A stretch of 64,000 nt of DNA from Octopus sinensis (GCF_006345805.1 NC_043000.1:110360001-110424000), one strand, 5' to 3'. Positions 14,758 to 27,429 are shown, counted from the stretch's first letter. Notes: generated by a model not told the origin, from the sequence alone. Numbers and translations: made by a program.

Positions 14758-14760
14758 AAT
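13735..14760. repeat. About 1 kb degenerate (TA)n tract
   Basis: Read directly; source of the Y/I-rich ORFs. Confidence 0.95.
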
Positions 14761-14972
14761 ATAGTTTACATATTAAGTCTACCAATGTGGTCTTGAGTAT
14801 TCAATCTCCAATAACGTATGAATATATCGAGTGTGTACACACACACACAAAAGAGTAATTGTTCTTACATCATTGCCATGGTTATTTTTTTAGACATTGA
14901 TCGCTCAACGGGACATTGCGGAAGTCGACTGAAGATAAACCGTCCAACAACATAAACAAGAACGTGAAACCA

Positions 14973-15064
<92 letters not shown>

Positions 15065-15280
15065 ACATACACAACATATTCACAAACCATACACATTACA
15101 GTTATGTCTTGTATATAAACGAATAAAACACTGACCATTTCTCTCACACACAATTCATTAAAATACAAACTCTGCAGATTTATTTAATTCCTTAGTTGAC
15201 AGGATATCTTTATAAATATATTTTCCTAGCTCCATTATATTAACTTTCACATCACCTGACTCAATATCAGCTGATATCAG

Positions 15281-15314
<34 letters not shown>

Positions 15315-15344
15315 AAAGTCAGAGTGCGATAAAATAAAATTAAT

Positions 15345-15422
<78 letters not shown>

Positions 15423-15562
15423 ATGTATGTATGTGTGTGTGTGTGTGTTTGGAGGTGTTAGTGGTGATGTTGTTTAACCCCAAGTCAGCGCTGAGCGAGC
15501 AGCCTTTATGATCAGAGGTCGGTGTGATGATCCAACTCTATAATATAACGTAAAATGTATCT

Positions 15563-15718
15563 GAGTTCAAATTCCGCCGAGGTCGACTTTGCCTTTCATC
15601 CTTTCGGGGTCGATAAATAAAGCACCAGTTATGCACTGGAGTCGATGTAATCGACTTAATCCCTTTCCTGTCCTTGCTTGCCCCTCTATGTTTAGCCCCT
15701 TGTGAGCAATAAAGAAGT
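15563..15718 (+). mobile_element. SINE family A, 5'-truncated, 20-bp TSD
   Basis: ATATAACGTAAAATGTATCT at 15543-15562 and 15719-15738; the element starts at the B box. Confidence 0.9.
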
Positions 15719-17425
15719 ATATAACGTAAAATGTATCTAAAACGACACAACCATCATGGATATACATAGTTTTCTATTTCTAAGACGGACAGATGTAATT
15801 CGAAAGAGATTTGGCAGTACCTAGGCTTCGTCTTTTACGCGGCTTTTAATGGATTGTGTTAGAATTCCTCTGAGGTCGACTTTACTTATTTTCATCCTTT
15901 CAGGGTTAAAGCACTTGAGTCGATGTAATCGAATAATCTCTTCTTCCGACATTTGCTGGCCTGGTACCAAAATTTGAAACCGTTATTTTTAAATTGTTAA
16001 ATCAGAGGAGAAACGACAGTAGCCGTGACATTATTCAGGCCCTCACCCTGGAAACGATTAGGGATGGGGGTTATTTTCAGACTGCAAACCGAGCCCAAAT
16101 TGGTTGTAACAGAATCGACTCCATAGGTCATGCAACCGCCCTGATCTTTCATTCAATTTAAGGACACAGTATCCTTCTTTCTAAAGGCCAATCAAACTCA
16201 CACCATTTTAAACAAGCTCTTCACAAATGTAATCCACGAGACAGATTATGTCTGCCATCGAACCAAAGTGCAGCTAGTTGCCATTGGTTACCATATGGAG
16301 CTTGGTGATTAATTAAACAGCCTCAATAGACAGATTTAATGCTTTCTCCAATTTTTTTTGACATGTTCGGTTTCTGCCGACACGTATTTGGCTTCCAAAG
16401 TACGGATCGCTTTCTACGTGATGCCACATTAGACACACTTTTTCTCAAAAAAAAAAAGAAAGAAAAAAATGACACAAAAGTCATCCAAGCTAAGCCTCTC
16501 ATAAACTTTAATATGCTCTAAAAACTTCTTTTCTTAAATATGCATTGTTGAAACTGGGATGCGTCTAATACGTCCATTTGTCTTTTTTATGCCATCGAAT
16601 ACTCTAATCTTACATGTTAATACCTTGTCTATTCGGAGTCACTAGAGATTTCTAATATTTAATTTTTTTCCCCCTTTTTTATGGAGCTTTGCGTTGCTAT
16701 GCTTCAAACTATTAATTGAATTAAGGAAATTCATAGAATAAAGATATGGGAAGGGTGGGACAAGTCACTGTTATCTCCATCGTTGAAGTGCTGCCCTGCA
16801 TAAAATAATTTTTATGAAAAAGAAGCCATTTAGAATATATTCTGTAGAAGGGGAAAAATCCACAAAATGGAGGCATAATGGACATTTGGACACTTTTTAC
16901 CATGTGTATCACAGAATGGATATAATATTCATTTTGAACCAGGGGAGTCACTGTTGATAGCCTTGCTATAATTTAATGTGGTAGTTGATGAACTAGAACA
17001 TATATATGGTTAGAAAATTTAAGAAATGCATAATTCATAACAAGATTGGACTGTTGGTACAAAAGAAAATATGGCACAGAATCAGTTTAGTAGAGAAAGT
17101 GTTAAGTGAAAGTATTGTGTCCTTCCTGAATGTGCTTAGGTAATCATACGGGATAATGTGGTGTCAGTTATGTCAACGTCTATTGTGAAAATTAAAAGCT
17201 TCCATATTTACATTGAAAGGAATATTTTAATCACATGAGTCATTTGTTTCTAGGTCGAGGTGAATGTATTACTTCCTAATCAACAACAGATATTAAAAAA
17301 ACAAAGAATGTACTTATACAATAGTAATCGATAGTTTTCTGTACGGACGCACTTCAAGAGACATCAGGTATGGAACTTCCCCCACTCGACTGCTCTGATT
17401 ACGTCTGAAGTACGAAGAAACATTG

Positions 17426-17636
17426 CTTTCAAATTTTGGTACAAAGCCAGCAATTCTGGAGGGAAGGATTAGTCGATTACATCCACCCAGTACTCAACTG
17501 GTACTTATTTTATCGATCCCGATAAGATGAAAGGCAAAGTCGACCTCGCTAGAATCTGAACTCAGAGCACAAAGACGGACGAAATGCTGCTAAGCATTTT
17601 GTCCGGCGTGCTGAAGATTCTGTCAATTCGCCGCCT
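17426..17636 (-). mobile_element. SINE family A, alternative 3' tail (tail 2)
   Basis: A-type head and body; tail reads CCCTCCAGAATTGCTGGCTTTGTACCAAAATTTGAAAG on the minus strand. Confidence 0.8.
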
Positions 17637-17751
17637 GAAATGTATGAAATATTATTGTGTCGATGCAAACCAAATTGATCTTGTTATTTATTAAACTAAT
17701 CCATAAGATTTGGTTTGCAAGATTCTTTATATGAGTTCGTGTGTTGAAGCA

Positions 17752-17944
17752 TATTCTGTTGTGTCTGGGGAGAGTCATTTTCTTTTTGTGCCTTATAATG
17801 TAACACACTCACCGTGAAAAGGTTGCAAGACGCAACGAAAATTTTAGGAAAATAAAAATAAGAAATAAGTGGAAATTTTACCGGTGAGTGTGTTACATTA
17901 TAAGGCACAAAAAGAAAATGACTCTCCCCAGACACAACAGAATA
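17752..17944. repeat. Perfect 63-bp inverted repeat with 67-bp spacer (fold-back family)
   Basis: 17752-17814 is the exact reverse complement of 17882-17944, checked base by base; the ORF track shows MCYIIRHKKKMTLPRHNRI on both strands. Confidence 0.9.
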
Positions 17945-18514
17945 ATCCATAAGACGTTTTCCAAAATTACGACGAATTGCCAGGTTAAGGTAGATGTGTA
18001 TGTAAACCAACTCTGCTTTTATAAGAGTACCATCATTTCTCGTTTGTATATTGACACAACACACACAAACATACGTGAAATTTAACTGAGGTAACTAAGG
18101 TGATGGCTTGCATCGTTGTTAGTTCATAGCAGGGTTCGACGGAGGAATGGGAGAAGTTTATTGCCATGTGGAGTTTTAGAGTTTTACTGAATCAGTTGTT
18201 TGGTTTTTATGTGAGAGTCAGAAAATGAAAGACTGTCGTTGTGTCTCCGAGGCTAGTGACAAAATGAATTAAAGAAAAAGTGCTGTTTGAGCAGATGAGT
18301 CTACTTGGGGGAGGATTTTTTGAATTAACTGTGTCTAGAAGTCACGATGAGAAAGGAAAAGAGATTGGAAGTGAGGTGTGAGTGTGTGGGGGGATGTAAA
18401 GAAATCGAAACTTTGGAGAGCAAAAACAAAATTCAGACTCTTAACTTCCATTGTATGAAAGACATCATCATCGTCATCAACAAAAACAACCCCTGAACAT
18501 TATTATTATTATCT

Positions 18515-18745
18515 CTGTGAGTCTTAAGACTCAGAGCAGGTTACTCGGTTCCTATGGCGTAGACCGAGACCACAACAATCTCCAGTCTGTAGCAGGGTTA
18601 TTCCTGTTTATAGCTGAGCAAACTGGAGCAACGTGAATGCAGTGTTTTGACTCAAGAACTCAATGCACTGCCCGGTCCGGGAACCGAAATTACGATCGCA
18701 AGATCGCGACTGCAAATACTCGGACAACTTGGCTACGCACCTTCA
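18515..18745 (-). mobile_element. SINE family C, diverged
   Basis: TGGAGCAACG...CTCAAGAACTCAATGCACTGCCCGGTCCGGGAACCGAAA matches the reverse complement of family C. Confidence 0.6.
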
Positions 18746-19714
18746 CTATGAGACAGAAATAGTAAAAAGATTAAGTCAAAAAAGTGACCCTTTTCCTTTC
18801 TCATGAAAGTTTGAGACTTCGAAGGACAACTATGCCAAAAACACCGCTTCCATGTTTCTTGCTCAAAATGACAGCAGCTCTTTTTCTTTCTTTCATTTAA
18901 TCTCAGACAAAAGACAGACACCCAAAGTTACGTTATATCACTCCTCGCAGCAAAATAAGTTATCGCACTTCTCTTTATATAGGTAATATACGCGTTATCT
19001 ATGAACAAAATGATTTATGTCTTAACTATTAGAGTAAAAATGTGTACTATTGTGTGTGTGTGTGTCACTGAATTGTACCGGGAGGAGAATGATGTTTTTG
19101 TTTTTAACACTGTGCTAATTCGGCACTCACGCTCACACCTACACACACAAATAGACACCGATGCAAGAAACCCTATCTTTTGGCTTATCACACATGGTAT
19201 GTAGTTGGTTATAGACATACATAAGCCAAATATATCCACAATGTGCAGCCCCTACACGTTATAAGCATGGTGTCATTTAGAGCACTTCCTGTTGAGTTCT
19301 GTTTTATACTTCCTAACACACGTTACATACAATACTATTTGTTAACAAAATTATTGTACAAACCTTTTTTGTACTTATTAAAATGCAAATATCTATGATT
19401 GAATCCCTGTAACCTTGGGGAGCGGTAGAAGACTTTGCCAGAAGGCTAATTAAAATAAGTTTAATTCATAGTGTTGTATTAATATCCGTGTCAGTGAAAG
19501 CAATATGATGATAAAACAATCTAAAGTAGTGATGGTTTGTGTTAGAAACTTGAAATAGCTCGCAGATAGAGAGGAGGAAAATACGTTAGTTTTAGAAAAG
19601 AAGAGATATATGATGCTTCCAGCAGGGCCCCTTTATAAGAAGGGTAAGAAATTACAACCGATACTTAAAATTATACAGAATCATGTGTTTACTGATATAT
19701 ATGATAACATAGAT

Positions 19715-19830
19715 CAGTGGTCTGCAAAGAGAGTACTGGGGGTCTACAGACCTTTCAATATCCCGGGGACCGTGGGAAAACTCATTTAAATAAAAAGGGC
19801 TCTTTGTAGTGAAGAGATTGGGAATCACTG
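19715..19830. mobile_element. hAT-type MITE (116 bp)
   Basis: Ends CAGTGGTCTGCAA...TTGGGAATCACTG; perfect 8-bp TSD ACATAGAT at 19707-19714 and 19831-19838. An 8-bp TSD with CAG..CTG ends is typical of hAT. Confidence 0.8.
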
Positions 19831-20584
19831 ACATAGATATCTATCAGTATGTATGTATGTACATGAGTTGTTGGAGAGCCGCCGTGGTTATACGGCATGT
19901 CGAGAGCATTTCTAAACCTCGTGTGTGTGTGTCTGTGAGAGATGGGAAGAAATATGGGGAAAGGGTATCCATCTGTGAAAAGAAAGGATTTCGGTCTGTC
20001 AGGAAATCTGTTGAGAAATTTATTGTTGCAATATTAAGGAAGATGAATAATCTTCTTCGTTATCATTCCAACATCTCATATACCATCTTAAATTTCTACG
20101 ATATTATTTTATTATCAGGCAAAACAGCAGTATCTAAAGAAACTAGCGATCGTCTGCCTCGAAGTAACCAAGAGTTTGCTTGGCGCCATTATCACGTCAC
20201 TCGTCAAATGATTACTTTCTTTCATTTTTATTTATTTTATTTCTTATCAACTTATCCGCCAATTTTATGTACATAACACGAAAGATACCCCCTACCTTTA
20301 TTTTTAAACATGCAATTGGAATAAATCTGACCCAAGGTCGCATCATCTGATTCAACAAAGTTAGTGCAAAATCGGCGGGTGGCCTCCAGGTAGCTCTGGT
20401 ATCGTGATGGAAGGAGCCAAAACATTTACAGAGCTACTTCACTGCCTGATGAGACATCGACTCCTGCGTTCAGAGTCGGAGCACAGCAGCGTCCTCGGCA
20501 TACTTTTATCATAAATGTGACGAAGAGAAGTCTAACGTTTCGGATAGATACCTTTGTCAATGAGATGAATTGTCTACTGGTTTC

Positions 20585-20945
20585 GGGCTCAGTCCTTTTG
20601 CGTGGCACCTTGGGCAAGTGATTTTTACTATAGCCCCGGGTCGACAAATGCCTTGTGAGCGAAACTGGTAGACGGAAACTGTGAAGAAGCCTGTAGGATC
20701 CATGTATGTATGTACGTATGTATGTATGCGTGTATGTATGCATGTATGTATGTATGTGTGTCACAGCTCTACCACTTGGTTTCTTTGCTTTCCTGTAACC
20801 TAGCGGTTTGGCAAAATAGTTTTCGATAGAATAAGTATCATACTTTAAGAAAAATCAAATAGTGGGGTCGATCTGTTCCACTACAACTCTTCAAGGCAGT
20901 GCCTCCTTCATGACTACAGTCCAATGAACGAAACAAATAAAAGAG
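20585..20945 (+). mobile_element. SINE family B, diverged
   Basis: GTGGCACCTTGGGCAAGTG core, GCCTTGTGAG, GGTAGACGGAAACTG, (TATG)n linker and tail remnant. Confidence 0.7.
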
Positions 20946-22499
20946 AAGAGGAGGGGAGGCGGTAATAAAACAGTGAACCAGTGTTAGTCGGGAAAACGGT
21001 CAAACGGAACAGAATCTCAACTAATCGCTTTCACATTCTTCATTATCTAAAAAGTCTATCGTTTCATCCAATTCTTCATAGTCTAGTTAATTCCTCGACT
21101 TGACTTCTCTTTCCATTCTTCTTCTAATTCTATCCACGCTACACCAATAACAAAATTCTTAATTCGATAGAAGAAAGTTTCCTAGAACTGTCAGTGTGTG
21201 TGTGTATGTATATCATGTACACACATTGCTATCTGTATACACACATATAGACTTCAAAAGTAAGCACTATGGGCGATTTCGACAAGAACACTTCATGGCG
21301 GTGCCTCATCGTGGCCGCATTCCAATGACTGACAGAAGCAACATATAAAGTACACACACACACACGTATACATGTATGAGTATATGTTGATGTCTCTAGG
21401 CCGAGATCAGCCTTGTTCGAAAAACAGTAAATGAACAAAGGACACGGCAGCTATAACCATATGATCATTTTACGCTTTCAACATTATCTCGTGCGTCCTT
21501 CCTCCTTTTTAAAAGACAAGGGGTGTGATTTGAGGGAGAGCCGTCAGCTATTTTTAGCAAATGAAGCGACCACATAGAAGCGCCCTCATTGGGTTTCATA
21601 CATGTGTGGTAAGGAAATATGACAAACACACACACACACACACATGCGTGTGTGCTGTCAGCTATGGTGTCGATGGAAAAGTTCACCGACTTTAGGGAAA
21701 TAGTTTCTCTGGAGTTGTTTGTACTTTCATGCCAAGCTCTTTGAGAGAATGGAATGTTATAAATATATATAATAAGAACAACGAAGCTAGTCAACCAATG
21801 GTGGTACCGTTTCTCTGCCCTTCCCGCTCCTACTTTGCATTCTCCCACCACGCACACTCACTCACTCACTGTACAGTCTCCTCCCACTTGTACTAATCGC
21901 CTCTCCCTCTCCCTCCACTTATATACATGGAATGTATGTAAGCATGTGCGATATGGCTCCCGCTTTTGTTCATGTTGAGATAAATACAGAAACATGTGTG
22001 CTATGTTTATACACACACACATACATACATGCGTGTGTAAATAAAAGAAAAAAGTATATGGATCTCAGTCTGTTGAGACGATGAGTATTTGTTTTAGTTG
22101 TTCGATTGGTTAGATTGTCTTATTTAAATTATAGTGTAAGAAGCTAAGTGTATCATTCGTGCCCATAACAAAATAAATACTCAGGCCAAAATCAGCGTAA
22201 GAGAGTGAATGGAACAAGATGACCTTTTGAATAACAAGTGCAGACAAAACTACTACAGGCTTTTACAGATTCCGTCCACCTAGTTTCCACTCACAAAACT
22301 TGGGTCGACTCGAATCTATAGCAAAGTACTGGAATTGAGGGTTCCCTATTGCCAAGGCCAACTTCATCATTCGGTCACCCCTTAAGCCAGTACATCTGCA
22401 TATATACACACACATTTGTATAATAGGTTGTTATATTAAGGGCCAAGTTATCAATGTGACATTAACTCACTCACACACTCTTGCATGATCCATCGAGCG

Positions 22500-22770
22500 A
22501 TCTCCTCTCGCTACCTTTTCCACCGCAGCTACAATGGCCTTTGCCCCTCGAAGCCGGCTGGTCTCATGCCACATCTACTCAGGTAGCCCCAACTTACTCA
22601 TATGTCCACCCTCGCGCCACCCATGTCCAACATTCCAAAACCCAGCACAAACCCTTACACCCAATCACAATTTCCTTGAAAGACCGACTTTTTGGAATTC
22701 CCGCCCAGCATTTTCTTATTGCAGTAGCCAAGTTGCAATAGTTTAAGTGGACCGTCCAAAGCCCCAACCT
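22500..22770 (+). mobile_element. CR1/Jockey-group LINE 3' ORF2 remnant
   Basis: From 22512 reads YLFHRSYNGLCPSKPAGLMPHLLR, later FLERPTFWNSRPA; resembles the LFYRYY.G.CS.EL...SFFPRT..LWNSLP C-terminus from memory. Confidence 0.55.
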
Positions 22771-23535
22771 CGCTGCTGTCAGATGGTCACGAACAATGAC
22801 CCTTCTGACCCCATGCAGCGAACAGACTTAAAATGAAAGAGACCATTCTGTTTTTTGTTTTTAAAGAGTATCTAGAAATACGTTGTCTACCACTGTGTCG
22901 GTCATTCGCTGCTGTCTTTTTTAAATTGTAGAATGTTAGTTAGAATATTTAGCTGTTCAAGTAAATCGAACGATTATGTAGGGACCCTGTCGATCGCATA
23001 TATGTAGATAATGATTTTATATGCATATGTGTCTGTACTCTGGGTTATAGGTGTGTGTGTGTGTGTGTGTGCATGCTGTGAGAGGATTGTATACAAACAA
23101 TGTGTGTGTGTGTGTGTACGGTGTGTTGATGGTGTTGTTTAACCCGATCCCACTTCTGATCGGACAGGCGACATCTGGTCAACTTCATTTTAACCACAAA
23201 GCGGCCTCACGGTTCCTCTCCGCCAAAGGCAAGTCTAAATTATCGAATATGCTTTCCCATTGTTCCTAGAAACCTAGGTACAACGATTCGAAGGCTATCT
23301 GGCTGCCATTTCTAGTAGGTCAAGCAATCCTGTAACGGCTTCCGCATTGTTGTAAACAATATTTTAAGGACTGAATATATTTTAATGTTTGTATATGCAC
23401 TTATACACCTGTTGTGTGTGTGTGTGTGTTTATATATTACGTATAGTATCGGTGTAGACAGCAGGTGCTCAACGTTTAAAACGAGAATAGATGTTAATTG
23501 AAAGGCGTTTACCCATATATATATATATATATATA

Positions 23536-23745
23536 GGTACTACTTGAGAACAGTGGTCCCGGTGCGCGCACTCGCGTAGTCGTGCATCCGCGCTAGCTAG
23601 TCGTGACTAGTCGATCCTACAACGACTACCTAGCAAAGTAAACAAGACACAAATTAACACAAAGGATCGACTAATCATGACTAGCTAGCGCGGATGCGCG
23701 ACTACGCGAGTGCGCGCACTGGGACCACTGTTCTCAAGTAATACC
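23536..23745. mobile_element. GC-rich palindromic MITE-like element inside (TA)n
   Basis: 83-bp arms (23536-23618 and 23663-23745) with 5 transition mismatches, 44-bp loop, GG..CC termini, ATA on both flanks. Confidence 0.85.
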
Positions 23746-24099
23746 ATATATATATATATGTTTGTGTGTGTGTGTTACGATATTACACACACACATCATA
23801 CTCATCGTTTTTCTCTCGTTCTCTTAACGACAAACACAAAACACTCAGAGAGACACAACAAAGAAAGTTTGGCTAATCAAAAACTAATGATTTCGCAATA
23901 ATAAGTTAACTTATTGGCGACTTTGTAAAGATTAATTTATTAGAAGATCGGAAACAAAAGCAGAAACAAGTAGACGTGGTAACAGAAGGGCAGAAAGAAC
24001 AATGAAACATCAAATAATGATATAACAAGCAGAGGGTAGCTAATACCAAACGTCTAAGTGGAAAGAAATTAATAGAAATAAAAGAAACTTGTTACTTAC

Positions 24100-24256
24100 A
24101 GAGTATATTATTATACAAAGTAGATCAGTATCCGTTAATGTAATGTAGTTAGCCCGTGGTTAGCCCGTGGTTGAATATTATAAGGTAAGAGACCAATATA
24201 TCGTGTTAAAGGAGAGAGCAAAACTGTCAGCCACGCAAGGCAACAGGCTTTATATA
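24100..24256 (-). promoter_or_regulatory. Candidate Pol II core promoter plus non-coding first exon (or LTR promoter)
   Basis: Minus strand: TATATAAA at 24256-24249, Inr-like ACAGTT with A at 24225 (31 nt downstream), and donor GTAAGT at 24099-24094. Confidence 0.35.
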
Positions 24257-24957
24257 TGCCAGCAATAGCGCGCGCATACACGCACTCTCTCTCTCTCTCT
24301 CTCTCTCACATACATCACATACTTTCTATAACTGCAGCACACGTACACATGCTTATACTCTTTCTCTCGCACACACTCACACATACACATTATCGCCACA
24401 TACTTTCTCTATAACTCCAGCACGCACCCTCATATCTTCTGCCTTTCTTTCTCTCTCACACGCTCCATTCACATACACTCGTCTTTCACTAACACACATA
24501 ATTACTTACTCTCTCTCTCTCACTCCCTTACTACCTCTCTGACACACACACACATAACCACATACTCTCATCTACATACAGATTCCTTCTCTCACAAACT
24601 CTCTCATTTTTTTCTCGCTCATACAACTTACACACTTTTTCTTTCTCTCTCACACAATATTCTCTCTTTCTTTCACGCAAACTCATATACTTTCTCTCTT
24701 TTTTTCATTTCACACACACACACATTTACACACACATTTACACACACATATTTACACACACATAACATTCTTCCTCTCAACCATGCTACTTACAGATTTA
24801 CTTTCTCTCATACAAACAAAATCCCCCTCTCTCGCTTTTCCTTCCTTTCTGTCTCTCAAACATAAATATTCTGTCTTTCTCCCTCACACATACACCCTGT
24901 CACTATCACATGCCACTTTCTCCCTCTTTCTTTCTTTCTTCTTTCTTTCTTTCTTTC

Positions 24958-24988
<31 letters not shown>

Positions 24989-25675
24989 TTCCCCCTCCCT
25001 GTCTCTCTCAAACTTTACACTCTCTTCTCCTCCCTCCCCACTTTATTTTATATACTCTTCAATTATTTCATTGTTTGAAACTCTCATAGTACTCTCTCTC
25101 TCTCTCTCTCTCTCTCTCGCCCGTCTTTCTCAATGTATACGCATATGTGCCACAGCTTGGCCGCAGTCTAAACATTGAAACAAGTAAAAGATGAAATATA
25201 TATACTTATATATAGAAGCATATATGTGTGAGTGAGTATGTGTGTGTGTGAATATATATATATAAACATACATGAATACATACGTATATATAAATATATA
25301 CACACACTAATACATATATATATATATATACACATATATGTGTATGTATATTAATTTATAGGTGAGTGCACACACACACACACATAATTCTTCAGACTTT
25401 ACTCTTCAATATTTACTCATCTTTGTTCTCATTTCTCTCACTCCTCCCTCCATCTCTTTGTCACCCTCCTCTTTCTCCCCCTCTTTTTACTCACTCCCCC
25501 CTCCCGTCTTCCCCCATAACTCACAGTCTCTCTTTTCCCCCTCTATTTCTCTCTTTACCTTCTTACCGCCGCCCGATACTCTTAAAAAATTTTCTTTGTT
25601 CTCTCTGCTTCTCACTCTCCTCCTCCCCTTCTCTATCTCATGCAAACGCTTAATTCTAGCTTTTAAAGCTTTCTC

Positions 25676-25765
<90 letters not shown>

Positions 25766-25861
25766 GCTGTTGAGTCACCTTTTTTCTCTGCCTTTCTATT
25801 TCTCCATCTCCCTTCTTTACTCTCTCACTTCCTCTCTCTCTATTCCATCTTCTCTCTCTGT

Positions 25862-25984
25862 GTAGTCGCGTAGCCCAGTGGTGAGGGTGTTGCACTCATG
25901 CCCTTAAAGACCATGGTTTCGATTCCCAGACCAGCAGTGTGTTGTGTTCTTGAGCAAGCCGCTGCATTTTGCGTTGCTCCAGTC
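25862..25984 (+). mobile_element. SINE family C head, 3'-truncated
   Basis: TAGCCCAGTGGTGAGGG (A box), GGTTTCGATTCCC (B box), GTTGTGTTCTTGAGCAAG, GTTGCTCCAGTCC. Confidence 0.65.
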
Positions 25985-26735
25985 CAGGAGGCTGAGGAAG
26001 CAGCAAAAGAAGGCCTTACCATCGGAGAAATAATGAGACTCAGGCCAATAAGCAGGCAATAGGCGTAACAAAAATTGAATGATGGTTAGGGGTCAAGGAG
26101 ATTTGAGGAGAGATCTGATTCTGTAGGAGGTGAAAAAGGAAGACGATGTCCACAAGAACCGGAAGGTAGTAAAGCAGAGCTAACAGGATCAGTGTACGAT
26201 GTGGAAAGGTGCATTCCAGAAGTGTCTCAGCTGGAATGACGAGTGGAATATGGCACGTGACACCTCGTAGAATAAGTTTTCTCCTCAGATCTGTCTATGA
26301 TTTCCTGCCTTCGAATAAGAACCAAGTGAAATAGGGCAAATCAGATAATCTTGAGTGTCCACTCTGCTAAGGTTAACAGGCAATGGAACATGTCTTGAGT
26401 TCCTGTCGACTAGCTCTAATCCAAGAAAGGCACAAATTGTGGAGGCGCAATCACGTGCTTAAGGGGATCGTTTCATATGATCACTATAGCAAAAGCAGAA
26501 TCCATAACGGCAGAAGTTCCAGAAGCATTCTACATGACAGGAACAGCAAAAGAAAGCTAGGAACAACACAGGAATGGAATCTTCTGGGTGGTATGGATGA
26601 CCGGAAGTGCTCAGCAGACCTTCCAGGATCAACAAAACAACAAGAAATCATCTCTTGAAGCCGGATATCGTGTTCCATTCCAGTTCAACAAAGCTACTGA
26701 TTTTGATTAAACTTGTGGCCTGCCCCAGGGCCCAG
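25985..26735 (+). mobile_element. Decayed RLE-type non-LTR retrotransposon (HERO/NeSL-like), C-terminal region
   Basis: From 26269: RISFLLRSVYDFLPSNKNQVK*GKSDNLECPLC*G*QAMEHVLSSC (C-x2-C-x7-H-x4-C), then WRRNHVLK; after a frameshift LKPDIVFHSSSTKLLILIKL (PD motif, 26655 onward). Confidence 0.75.
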
Positions 26736-26936
26736 TCTTGTCCCGTTTGCTATCGCATATCGATCTCATTACGCTTTTACTTCACAACACTTTCTTTACG
26801 ATATTTCTGATGAAACACACTGCCTATGTTTCAATTATTTTTTTTTTATATAATGAAGAATTCATTAAATTAACTTTGTCAGTATTAAGCTGGTGTTTGG
26901 AATACAAATTAACATGAAATTTAAATGGAAGAAAGC

Positions 26937-27110
26937 TTTCATTTCGGTCACAACAGCAACATGGCCGAACAGTCTGAGCTGACGCTTCAGAATCATCCAA
27001 GTAACCGGATGCATTCCAGTTTCCGAGTCGAGTCATTGGTTGGATACGGAATCCGACCGATGGTAACTCATAATCTTACGAAGCTTTCTGGTATCAAAGG
27101 GGTTCAGCCT
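26937..27110 (-). mobile_element. RTE-clade LINE C-terminal fragment
   Basis: Minus strand: RLNPFDTRKLRKIMSYHRSDSVSNQ*LDSETGMHPVTWMILKRQLRLFGHVA, resembling the RTE LRRI..Y.W.D.VSN...RQLR.FGHV region. Confidence 0.75.
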
Positions 27111-27429
27111 GGCAAACTCCTTCGCTCTCTCACACCACAATTATAGTCTTTTTATATACTCCAGCATACCTCCCATCCCCAACCCACACACACCACCACC
27201 ACCCACTACTAGTTGCAATATGCTAAAAATAGTAGCCAAGTTTCCCTGAAATCCCACCTTACCATCTTAGAGAAGGATAATGTAGTCTTGCATTCCCATG
27301 GTGGATTCGAGTAGGATTGAAACTGGGGAGAAATGGTTTGCGAAGTGAACTTTTGAACCATGGAGTCGCTTGAATCAATCCTTGTACATTAATGGCTTTC
27401 ATTTCAGTGGGTAGTGTGTCTCTTGGGTT

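Noticed and set aside
17336-17369. FSVRTHFKRHQ resembling a C2H2 zinc-finger helix
   Set aside because: An in-frame stop lies immediately upstream and there are no Cys or second His ligands.
20445-20500. Hammerhead-like CCTGATGAG...CGACTC/GAGTCG...GTC
   Set aside because: The conserved GAAA is replaced by GAGC and stems I and III do not close convincingly; at most a decayed remnant.
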